The notes beneath the pieces were generated by a model. That model had not been told where the DNA came from, made no database searches, and saw only the letters and a list, made by a program, of their open reading frames with translations. From Camelus ferus (Eukaryota), in contig NC_045696.1 in the NCBI RefSeq assembly GCF_009834535.1, forward strand, positions 48,486,001 through 48,550,000: a stretch of 64,000 nt of DNA, in the 5' to 3' direction. The position numbers and the translations under genes were made by a program. Of the stretch, positions 24,849 to 36,530 are shown one piece after another (the first letter of the stretch is position 1; each line of letters begins with the position of its first letter).

Positions 24849-25730
24849 ATCTGCATGTAATCTTCACTGGAGAAATGTTTCTTTATATCTTCTGCCCATT
24901 TTTGGATTGGGTTTTTTGGATAACTCTTATTTCTTTTTTTTAAAAAAATCATTAAAAAATCCACAATCAATAAATGCTGGAGAGGGTGTGGAGTAAAGGG
25001 AACCCTTTTACACTGTTGGTAGTAATGTAGTTTGGTGCAGCCATTATGGAAAACAGTATGGAAATTCCTTAGAAAAACTAAAAGTAGATTCACCATATGA
25101 TCCAGCAATCCCACACCTGGGCATATATACAGAGGGAACTCTAATTTAAAAAGATACATACACCCCAATGTTCATAGCAGCACTATATACAATAGCCAAG
25201 ACATGGAAACAAACTAATATCTCAACAGATGACTGGATAAAGAAGCTGTGGTATATTTATGCAATGGAATACTACTTAGCCATAAAAAAGAATAACATAG
25301 TATCATTTGCCGCAATATGGATGTACCTGGAGATATCATACTAAGTAAAGTAAGCCATAAAAAGAAAGAAAAATGCCATATGATATCACTTATATGTGGA
25401 ATCTAAAAATAAAAAAAAAAGACACAATGAACTTATTTACAGAATAGAGACAGACTCACAGACATAGAAAACAAACTTAACAGTTACCAGGGGAAACGGA
25501 GTGGGGAGTATAAGTTGGGAGTTTGGAATTTGCAGATATTGAATACTGTATATAAAATAGGTAAACAACAAGGTCCTACTGTATAGCATAGGGAACTATA
25601 TTCAATAGCTTGTAATGGTCTATAATGAAAAAGAATATGAAAAAATATGCATATAATATATAAATGAATCACTATGTTGTATGTCATAAATGAACACAAT
25701 ATTGTAATCCAACTATACTTCAATTTAAAA
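24849..25730 (+). mobile_element. Younger 5'-inverted L1 (antisense 24849-24917; sense ~24947-25730) with complex 5' junction
   Basis: The antisense piece encodes [19 protein letters not shown] (ORF 24818..25168(-)). The sense part has aaatgctggagagggtgtggag...caccccaatgttcatagcagcac and a complete 3'UTR to aactatacttcaat. Confidence 0.92.
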
Positions 25731-25899
25731 TTTTTTTAAAGTTTTCAATATAGATCTTACAGATATATTATGAACAAATTTATGCAAAGAAGTTTGACAA
25801 CTCAAATGAACAAATTTATTCAAAAAATACAAGTAATCAAAAACTGATACAGTATACACCAGAAAATCTGAATATTGCTGTGTCTGTTACAACTTTTCT

Positions 25900-25901
25900 C
25901 C

Positions 25902-25940
<39 letters not shown>
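25900..25940. repeat. (CT)n(CA)n microsatellite
   Basis: Directly visible. Confidence 0.9.
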
Positions 25941-25942
<2 letters not shown>

Positions 25943-27884
25943 TGTCTCTCACACACTTCAGGACCAGATGATGAGGTTTCTAATGAATTTATCAAACATT
26001 TAATGAAGAAATATCACCAATCTTTCACCAATTCTTTCAGAATATTGAGGAGTGTTATGAGTCCCCAATAACTAGCAACAAAACATCAATATCATTACAA
26101 TATTATGAAGATACAATGGAGTATTGTTGATCCTAAAGCTTTTTAAATTTTTGGATAGTAAACATATTGATCAACTTAAGTGTGGGTATATAAATAATCA
26201 AGTCAAAATTTTAAGTTTAACTCTTGTAATAATAGAAATTAAAAAGTGAAAACACCACCCAAGCTAGTAAAGAAGGAAAAATAGAGTGAAGAAAAAATTT
26301 TAAAAAGAAGAGTTTAATAAAAGCAGACAATCCAGAAGAATTTAAAAGATAGGCATAAAGTAGAAAACAATAGAAAGCATAAATTAACAAATCCAAATAC
26401 ATCAATAATAATAATACAGTAGACCAATTTATCAATTAAGAGACTAAAGATTGTCAGAAAACTTAAAATACTTAGTAATATGAAGCTTATAAGAAGTACA
26501 CATAAATTTAAGGTAGAGAAAGTTTGAAAATAAAAGGATAGAAAAAAATACTGAAATAATGCTAAGCAAAAGAAGGAAAAAAACTAGATAAAAAAATTTA
26601 GAATTTAAGTCAAAAAGCATTGCTAGAAATATAAAGTTTTATTATTTATGGATAAAATTATTTCACCTACTAGAAAGAAATTCTAAAGTGCCACATAGCT
26701 AATAACAAATCTCTAAGATATATAAAGAAAACTAAAATCAACAAATCCCCTAAAACTGTATAACACAGCAGCATACCTCTCTCAGCAATTTACAGATGAA
26801 GCACACAAAAAGATAGTAAGGGTCTAGACTATTTTAACAACATAGCTAACAAGAGTTATCTAATCCTTATATGTATAATACCATAATAAAAATTAGACCC
26901 TATTTACAAGGCTATAAAACAGATCTTAGTAATATTTTAATAATTTATATCATAGTGTATCATCTGACTACAATGCAGTTAACTTACACATCAATAACAA
27001 TAACAAAACATAGCAAATCGGAAAAATTAGAAAATCAGGAAAATGCAATTGAAAAATTTAGCAAAATTACCTGAATAGCTCATATGTGAAAAAAGGAAAT
27101 CATAATGGAAACTTTTAAATGTCAGTATTTAGTGATAACAAAAATATTGTATCTAAATTTTATAAAGCTATAGTTACCTACTTAAAAACAACTCTGTAGT
27201 ATTAAGTATTTTATACTAGAAAAGAAGAAAAGCTAAAATGAGTGTCTGACAACTAAATTCAGCAAAATACAAACAAAATAAACAAAATGAAGTTATAGTT
27301 AAGTGAAATATTAAAGATGAGTTAATATTCGTGAAATAAGAAAAGCAGAAGCTATTTTAGAATGATCAACAAAGATTTGTTCTTTTGAAAACTGATTAAA
27401 TTAGCCACGCCCTGGCAAAATTTATAAGGCAAAAAAAGGAAAGAAAAAAAGAGAGATAGAAAACATGAATAAATAGCAGTAGGAGTGAAAAATGGAAATG
27501 AAACTATAGTAGCATAAAAAGATAACAAGATAAGAAAAATTAAGAATAATGTTACGCCAATCAATTTGAAAATGTGGGAAATGTAACTTTTCTATAAAAA
27601 TATACTAAAACCAAATAGAGAAAGAAGTCTTTTTCTCTTTCTTTTATATATATATTTTAAATTTTATATAGTAGTTGAACACCCTCTCCAAATGAAAAGA
27701 TCAAGCTTGAATGAATATTTAGAAAGTTCTGTTAAACATTCATATTGTAGATATTTCTAAATTATACAGATACCTTCAGAGAAGAGAAATATTAGCAATC
27801 TGAATGCAGCAATGTATAAATAAGCAATGCACTATGGACAGTTCTGACAATTTTAGCTTATTCTGGGAATAAAATTTTTTTATT

Positions 27885-28065
27885 AAAAATTTTTTTATTG
27901 AAGTATAGTCAGTTAGAATGTGTCACTTTCTAGTGTACAGCATAATGTCCCAGTCATGCATATACATACATATATTCATTTTCATATTCTTTCATTAAAG
28001 GGTATTGCAAGGTATTGAATATAGCTCCCTGTGCTATGCAGAAGAAATTTTTTTAATCTATTTTT
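27885..28065 (-). mobile_element. Short L1 3' end
   Basis: ttttttattgaagtatagtcagttagaatg...ttgaatatagctccctgtgctat, the same family as the 13.3-kb insert. Confidence 0.85.
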
Positions 28066-29584
28066 ATTTTAAAACATTTTTATTTTAAATTTTATTTTAA
28101 AACATTTTAATGTAATCAAGGTCATGAAATAGTTAAAAGACAAACATGATTTCATCGAAAGAGTTACAGAAAATAATGTATTGGATAGTAGATGTTACCT
28201 TTTCATGAAAAAAATAGTTTGTAAGGAGCCAGATCATAGCATCGTGGCAGAGGGAAACAGGCCTATGGAGTTTTAGCCTGGAGAAAGCCCAGCCATGTGT
28301 GCTCATAGTTCTCGCCGTAATGCTTCATAACCTTTACCCTCTTCCTGGCAAGGGTGGAAATACAGCTGTACACCAGAGAAGGGTCTGAAAACTGATGTTC
28401 CTAGAGGCCTTAAGGGGGAACAAAAGAAAAAGATGTGAAAGAAAGACAACTGATTCTTGTCAGAAAAAAAAACCAAAAAACAAAATGAAACAACCCGATC
28501 ATGAAGGAGAAGGCAGCATGTGGGAAGAAATGAAAGCCCTGAAGTTGAAGCATGCAGGAAATTGGGGAGGGAGGTCAGATAAACTGTTAAAGGCACTGAG
28601 TGGCTTAGCCTGCACACATAGGGGTGGCAGTGTAGATAATACATCGTACTGAAAATGCTGGAGTAGTAATGATGGTGGCTGGAGTCGTGCATCTGAAGGT
28701 GTGACCCACGAAAGACTGACATCAGATTTACGGGCGGGCAGCATTCACCACGCATATACCAGTGGCCTCCCCTTCCCTCTAATGTGACTGGCTCAGAACC
28801 CTGGGGGAGAAGGATCTGTGCTTGTTTAATAGACACCCAGGGTAATGCTGAGATCCATAAAATATTGATAAGCCCTGACCTCGATATTCTCAAGGAGAGC
28901 ATGTCTCTTCTCTTTATCCATCCCACTTGAGAAGGTAACATGGACAGTAAATGTCAGGAACTTGAGAAGGGACAAATGGAGATTATCCAGTCTCCTATGT
29001 TATCCACTGACTTAAAGTTAAAATTTTTATTTTCTATTTATTAAATCTCTTAACTTTTTTGTGTCTCTAGAGCTTAAAAGATATACATGGTCTGATATCA
29101 CACTTTAGCACTTTAATTTTTTTTAACAATTATTCACAGGTACAGGACATACAAGTGTGGAACATTTACGTAATTCTTGTTGTATACCATCTGGCCAGAT
29201 TTCTTTAAAAATCAGGAAGGATATTACAAGAAAGATTTAGTAACTTGTAAGTTGCTATGTGTGCTATATTTATACATTATTTAATAATCAAGAAAGCTTG
29301 AAATTAAATGATATTATTCACATAATATTTTGATTTATAAAAAATCCTTTAAGATTAATAGAAGTGGATATAGACAAAAATGATGGGAGCGTTTTTATTT
29401 GGAACATAATTATTTCCCAGGAAAACACAGTGTACTCTTAAAATTAAATAGAGCAAGAGGAGGAATAAAAAATAGCTATAGATATTAGCTAAAAATGTAT
29501 TTGATAAGTGTGTACAGGGTAACATAGTTGCTATGGCAGCTGATTTGCACTTAAAATTTAAAATACAGGTAAGAAAGAATGATC

Positions 29585-29680
29585 ATATTCCTGTTCTATT
29601 TCTGTGCTGGTCAAACTACACCTGGAGTGTTGTCCGCAGTTCCTAGAGCTATGCTTTGGAATGGATGTACACAATCAAGT
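29585..29680 (+). mobile_element. CR1/L3 LINE relic
   Basis: cctgttctatttctgtgctggtcaaactacacctggagtgttgtccgcagttc resembles the CR1 RT C-terminal motif (LY.ALVRPHLEYCVQFW). Confidence 0.7.
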
Positions 29681-30029
29681 ATTTTAAGGGCCATTTGACC
29701 ATGATAGTAAAGAAACAATTCCAAGAACCAGGAGCACTTAATAGCACATGCCAGGAATATTTTCATATTATAGTTAGGGTTTAAGGCAGAATAAGTGTAG
29801 AGACATAGTGTCTCTTTTCCACTACTTTAAAGGCCCCTGTATGGAGAAGACTGTCCTACATAGACTTAACATGCAGAACCAGAGACGGTGAGGAAGTAAT
29901 AAAAATACAAGAACACAGATTACAGAACAGTTATCAAGGTGGAATGATTTGCACTGGACGTTATAATCACTAACGGAAGCCTTCAAATACAGGCTAGATG
30001 ACTTTGGCAATTTTAAAATACGACCTAAA

Positions 30030-30310
30030 AATCTACTGAGAGGTGGGTCATGACTCCCTTCCCCTTGAATCTGGGCTGTGTGACTGCTTGACTAGTAGAA
30101 TATGGAGAAAGTGATGCTGTGACAGTTTTCAGGCCCTGGCCTTAAGAAGCTAACAGCTTCTTTCTATCTTTGCCACACATGCTGCGCAGGAGCCGAAACT
30201 ATCTGTGGGGAGCTCCACACAGAGAGGAATTGACAGTTACAACTGTCAAGCCTTGTAATTGAACCGTCTTGGAAGTGGATTCTCTGCTCCAATTTAGCTG
30301 CCCAAGAATC
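30030..30310 (+). mobile_element. MaLR LTR fragment (MLT1H/J-like)
   Basis: ccccttgaatctgggctgtgtgactgcttgactagtagaatatgg..gtgatgctgtgac..ggccttaagaagct. Confidence 0.75.
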
Positions 30311-30924
30311 CCTTAGTCTACTTTCCCCTAATACCCTTGTGGTCAAAAAAGCAGAAGTGTTCTTTCTGATTTATTTCAATCTTAACCATCATTTTATCTC
30401 AGACTGCACCCTACGCTGTCTGTCTCCTATTGTCTCCTAGTCTCTGGTCTGAGCGAATTTCTTGCATTTCTTTCTTTCTTGGATGAGTAGCATTTACTCG
30501 AAATGTCTTTCTCTCATGTGTTTCCTTATTAGCAGATAAACCTTGATGAAATTATACTGTTTCTCTTTATTCTTAGTGCCTTCCAAAGCCCTATCACATG
30601 CTTGTTATTCTCAGCTGTTCCATAACCCAATTTAAAAGCTTCAGCCTTTTTCATTTGATTTCTCTTTCCTTCCTGCAGAAACAGCAGGTCCTTGGCTTGC
30701 TTAACCAAGAATCCAACCTGTTAGAAATTCCACTTAGTACAAATATTGGCAGATCAAAATCCCAACTCTCTATTTACAGTCACTACTCCTATAACATCTA
30801 AAGTTTTATCTTGAAGCGAGGGAAATATTTCTTCTGATGGATTTAGTTTTCATATAAAGAAACACTTCTTAAAGAAAGATAACATGGTTATGGTACTGTC
30901 ATCAGTGATTTATTAATTTTAAAA

Positions 30925-31150
30925 GATAGTATGGTATTGTGGAAAGAAAACAGGCGCTAACTCAGACAGAACTTGGTTTAATTCTGATTTTTCTGCTTAC
31001 TAGCTATATAGTTTCTGGATTTCTGTAAGTCTCAATTTCCTCATTCACGAATTGTGGATAACATAACCACTTTGTGAAATAGATGATAACTGATTGAGAG
31101 AAAGCTCCAAGTACAGTTTTTAAATCAGTTGACATTTTTAACTATTACTA
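30925..31150 (+). mobile_element. MIR relic
   Basis: gtatggtattgtggaaaga..tcagacagaacttggtttaattctg..cttactagct..tctcaatttcctcatt. Confidence 0.75.
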
Positions 31151-32282
31151 TTCGCCTATCACCATTTAGTAAAGCTGGGATAGTTTGACATGGAAAGTTA
31201 TGTAGCATATCATATGTGTTCAAATTAACGTGATTAATTTCAATACAGAATGTTAAGAGATGTCTGAGTGATGGGTAGAGAATATAAAGTCAAGGAACTT
31301 CTCATTTCAACACTGTTATAAGGGAAATTTGAACAACAGTAACTTTGTGTATATAACAATGAGTTTTAGAAAATTACTGATATGAAAATTAGATTTATGG
31401 GGTCTCATAAAAGAAAAAAAATACATGAGATGATGCAGAATACTTTGACAGATACTCTTGAGTGTTGAATTAAATATGTGTAAAAGCGACAAGGAAATCA
31501 ACAGGAAAGATGCCACACAATGGAGAATAAGGAGGAAAAAAGAGTAAAAAAGGAGACAAAATGAGTTTTTGTTTAATTAAGAGGCATTCTTGAGAAAAAC
31601 TATTATTTGCAATGAGACATATAGTAACTTTCTTATTTTGACTGAATTAAACATTTTGACTCATCTTTGACTAAAGCTTATCTTGTTATATAGTTAATTA
31701 GCCAGTCCAAGCTCTATTAAATGAAATGTGAATTTAAATATTATTTTGAGTAACTTTGGAATTGGCTCTTAATTCCAGAGTGTTTGTGAATTGCTTTGAA
31801 ATTAAGTTTGATTTTTATAAGCATTACTTTGGGAAAAGCAAACATTTTGGAAGGGCAAACAGAGATGGAATCATAACTCATCTTTAATCTTACTCTTCAT
31901 TGTAATCACCTGTGAACAGCAGACTTACCCAGAGTGCCTTCCACCCACATGCATACAGCCTTGCTCGTAATTAATAAGTACCAGAATGAAGCACTCTCGT
32001 AACAAATGAAGTACTAGCAAAATTATACCATCTGGTGGATTGACACAGTTCAAGGGATGGGAAATGAACTGTGAAATATATGGTAAAGCATACATTGAAC
32101 ATCTATAACAGAAAATGATAGAAATAAAAATGCAAAACTTTGAGAACAAATACAAGAAACCTTGTCAAAGCACACCTTTATTATATGCTAAGGCTTTTGT
32201 ACCTTTATATGTTTCCTGATAGAAATTTGAATTAGAATTCATAAAATGGAATCAGCAGCAGAAATAGTCTAGAGTGTGGGTG

Positions 32283-32472
32283 CAGTGGTATAATGTAGTT
32301 AAACAATTGTTAAAGTTTTTAGGAATTTTGTGAGCTGATGAACATCACTTTAGTAGCTTGAAATGAGCCATGGTGGCAAGTATTTACACCACAGACATTG
32401 ATAAAACGCTACAAATTAGAGCTTTTGCTTCCCTGGAGAGCCAGTTATTACATATTTACCAGCACATGATTG
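32283..32472. mobile_element. MER63-like hAT (Blackjack) MITE
   Basis: Begins cagtggt..., internal gtagcttgaaat..gccatggtgg..gtatttacacc, ends gagagccagttattacatatttaccagcac (MER63 TIR-like). Confidence 0.7.
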
Positions 32473-33879
32473 GTTATGGAAATCACACTTTCCATACTTC
32501 CAGTGATTAACATTTGTAGATTTTCCTGTTGAGAAGATCCTTTAGCGTGCATATTAATTTTTACATAATGTTTTATGTGTGATGGATAATACTGATTATT
32601 ATTATTTCTTCCTATACACTTTAGCCATTCTTGATAAAAACAACACTAAAAAGAGTCTGCCTTTTAAAAAATGTCAGTAACAGTTTGCCCCATTTTCTTG
32701 CTCTCAAACTGTCAGATAGGGAAATGAATATCTGAGAGACCTCTGGCAGAAGAATTGGCCCTAAATTTTATTTTCTAAAAGTCCAACTTAAAAAAATAAT
32801 AATTTCCATAGAAATCTTGTACTTAGAATCATAGCATTTTGTTCCAAAAACAGATGCTGACTATTCTCTTAGTCTAGGGAGCTGTTTTCCCTAGGAAGAT
32901 AGCATAAGATAAAATTGTTCTGGTTGACATACATATATACATGTTAAAAAATTAAAAAGGAAACAATAAGAACTTCCTGAAAATTTTATGTATAGTCTGG
33001 TACCTACAAATGAATGATATTAGGTGCATCTGTAAAAGAATGAAAAAATGTTTCTAAGAAGGAAATAATGATCCATGATCTTATGTGTTCATGAGAAACA
33101 TTTATGATTAGCTTCAGTGGATTTGACCACTTTTCTGTTTGTCAAATTAATGCTTAAAAATTTTAAGCAAAATTTTGTCTGAACTGGATTTTGAGGATTA
33201 ACAACTGATTTGACTGATGGGTGGGTTGATCGGCAACTAATTAAGTATAAAAATTCAGAGAATGCATGTGCCCAGAGAAGCAATTAGTTGTGTAGGAATG
33301 AGAGTTCCCTGAAACTCTGTAATTTACAGGATGAAAAATATTAAATTATGTTTTTAAAAAGACAGTGGACAGTTTACCATTTCCCTCTTCACCCCAACTG
33401 CACTCACTTCCTCAATAATATGTTAACTTCATTTGCTCTGCTATGATCCTGCAGCAGCTTTCTTGAATTGATGGCAAATCTTGACAGACTTAAGTCCTCT
33501 GCCCCTTCCCCTCTCTCCCTTCTTCTCTTTCCTGTCCCACAATTCACGGTGCATATACATTTTCTTAGGAGCACACTGGTTTTTTGATTCCTGTTCAACC
33601 AAAAACATTAATTATATTTCCACTTATGGGTATACTCTCGATGGCAATATCATGTGAAATAGTCATTTAAAGTTTTAATATCTTTTTATAAGGCCATAAG
33701 TTACTCAGATAAATCTATGAAGCCAAAGTCAGCAGCTCTTACAAATTGTAGAAGAATTTATGGACAAAATCCCTAACTTAGAAAACAGTATTGGTTCTAC
33801 TGTAAAAATGAATCTTAATTTATTGCATACCATCCTAAGTATTTTATATGTTTAAACTAATCAAATTTTCATAACATCT

Positions 33880-34025
33880 CTATAGAAAACTTTTCCGGTG
33901 GCATTCCCATTTTACTGATGAACTTGAGGCACAGAGAAGATACATACTTGCTTTCGTTATTAAACAGATGTGCAGGAATGCAAAACCAGGAATCTAGCTT
34001 TACAACTCACTCTCTTAACCACTGT
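33880..34025 (-). mobile_element. MIR relic
   Basis: cccattttactgatgaacttgaggcacagag...ctcttaaccact. Confidence 0.7.
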
Positions 34026-34789
34026 AAGGTTTCTCGCAAAAGGACAGATTATCTCCGTGAATTCTAGAGAAAGCGCATTTCAAAAGCACAAACTAAGCAG
34101 TCTAAATTGACATTCTTTGATTAAAATATGCTTCCTGTGGCAGTTATTCACGCTGAATCTGTGCTTTTGTAGCTCTTCTAGGAGAACCGATCTGTTTTGT
34201 TCTAATATGAGCAATACCTATCCCAATATACTGCTCTTACTGGAAGCTGGGCACATTGTAGTCATAGCAAAAATCCCTAGTGTGTCTAGAGAAACAGATA
34301 GGTACAAATGAAAGAGGAAGCACAAAAACCCAACGCAGCACTAATTCTAAGGAAACTTACTGCCGATTAGGCTTCCTTTTACCTCTTCGTATTCTTAAGT
34401 GAGCGACTGCAGTACCCACTGTATCTTCTGTTGCTACAGAAGGGGAATTTGATGTTTAGGTAAGAGGCTGACCCAAGGCTAGTTAGGAATCTATCTCTAA
34501 ATTTTAAAGTTGGCAAACTAAAGAAGTTTCTTCCCTCTTCTCCCATAAATCAATCTCCCATCTCTCTCTCTCCATACCACCCCCGTCACCCCACACACAG
34601 GAAACATACATGAAAAATTATAAATAAACCCATTAATAACACTTTAGGGCCCTGTAGCCATGAAGAACAATTTATGAAGAGGAGAAGCAGAAAGAATTGT
34701 TACTGATTTAGCAGAAGAAGTGAAAAATAAATCTAGATGTATAATGAAAGAAATAGCAAAAGGACATTAGTCATTTGCCAGAGCACCAT

Positions 34790-36530
34790 GGAAAAGAGTG
34801 ATAATTGGAGACTTCCATATTAGAGAAGGCAGGGGACTAAAATTCAGTAGTCTTGTTGAAATCTTTATAAGGAAGAGTTATATGCCCCCAGTTCTTCACT
34901 TCCAACCTGTGACTGTAGAACTGATAATTCACAGAAAACAGCAACAGAACCAGAATATTTCCAGACTTGGAGATAGCAAAAAAAGAGATGAGCAGTTGGG
35001 GACACTTGATCTTAAGCAGGGAATTTTGAAGAAACTCTGCATATTGATTAGAGTGACTCTTATCACATTATCCAAAAAGCCAGGAAACAAGCTTATCACC
35101 ATGCAAGCAGGAGAGAAGAGCATCTTTATTTATGGAGAAACTAAAATGTCCCAAAACAAAATAAAATTTGAAACATCCCAAGTACAAAATATATCTCACT
35201 GCCAGATTGATCACTCTACAGTGAACTCTGGCAGTTGATGAGCTGTGCCTATTCGAAAAGACCTTCAAATCAATTTTTCAGTGCCTCACTACTCAGTATA
35301 AATATATAGCCAAGAATAAACAGACATGTATGGAAAACCTCTAAGAGTGGGTTAGAGAGCAAAACCAAAAGCAAAAGCTTATAGTGGAAACTTAAAGAAA
35401 ACAGACAATGTAGGGGGAAAAAACTACATAGGAAATATAACTTATATTCTCAGTGAGATAATGTATTTCAACCTTGAAATGAAAACAGGATGTGAGACTA
35501 AATGGACAATCAGGGAATGATGGTAGCTTTTGGAAATTAAAAATGTGATAGCTAAAAAATAAAATTTAGTAAAAGAATTGTGAGATATGATTAAAGAAAT
35601 TTCATAGTAAAGGAGATGAACAAAGAAAGGATAAGAGAACTGTGGGTTAGTCCAGTGGATCCAGTATCTGACAAATAGTCATTCCATGAAGAGAGATGAA
35701 AAGACAGGATAATAATGATCAAAGGCATTATAATAAAATCAGAAATGTAAGATTTATGTTTCCATTTGAAATGTCTTAATGAGAATGTGACATACTGGGT
35801 AAAATTTTAGGATGTACAGGATAAAACAAAGATCCTAAAAGCATCACGGGAGAAAGAGAAGCACATAAAATGAAGTGGGAATCAGATTTCTCAACAGGGT
35901 CAAAAGCATTTTAAAATACTAGAGGATGGTGGAACGATACCTTGAAAGTTTTCTAAATAGAATTTGATAACTTGCCTACCCATGTGTTGACATGGAAAGT
36001 GTAACATTTTGGGAGAGGAAAAGACTGAAAACATTTCAGTCTCACATATACCGTCTCAGAAAGCTACCAGGGAACAGACTCTGACAAAGCAAATATATAG
36101 GCCAAGAAAGAGGGAGAAATAGAATTAAACACAAAAGAAAACTGGAGAATATTCCTAATACAACAGCTGTTTAGAGAATAAAGATCCAAATTGGTTCATG
36201 AAGAGAATATTCTTTGGGAGGGAGGTCTTTATAAAACAAATAGAATGAATATATTCAACATAGTTTGTTCATGTGGAAAATTATATGACCATGGAATGAC
36301 TTGGATACAGCAAATGAAAATGTAAGCAATTATTAATTGAGGGAAGATATAAAGGCATAAGGTGAAGAAATCTAATCACAGATATTACTTGGTTATAAGT
36401 TGTAATCATGTATACATTGATTATTGCTTTAAACAACTATATTGAGAAAACGGGAGGAGAAGAAGTGTTTAAGAGAGCTAAGTGTGCGTCTTCAATAAAA
36501 GGAAATCAAAAGAAAAAAAAAAGAAACTGA
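34790..36530 (+). mobile_element. Old L1/HAL1-like 5' and ORF1 region
   Basis: Decayed ORF1-like purine-rich motifs (ttggaaattaaaaatgtgatagct, ggataaaacaaagatcctaaaagcatc, agatttctcaaca..., ctagaggatggtggaacgataccttgaaagt). Confidence 0.6.

Larger units (their letters stand above)
24210..27840 (+). mobile_element. Old sense-strand L1 ORF2 fragments (host of a younger L1)
   Basis: A-rich decayed ORF2 (aataaagtcaaaagttgattttt, tatgaacaaatttatgc..gaagtttgacaactcaaatgaa, caggaccagatg, aaagatttgttcttttgaaa). Confidence 0.75.

Noticed and set aside
28303..28941. Longest ORF in the window (212 aa, - strand)
   Set aside because: No recognisable domain, includes low-complexity F/S-rich translation of A-rich DNA, no supporting exon structure.
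34798..35238. 146-aa ORF
   Set aside because: Non-ATG start, lies in a decayed L1-like 5' region, no recognisable homology.
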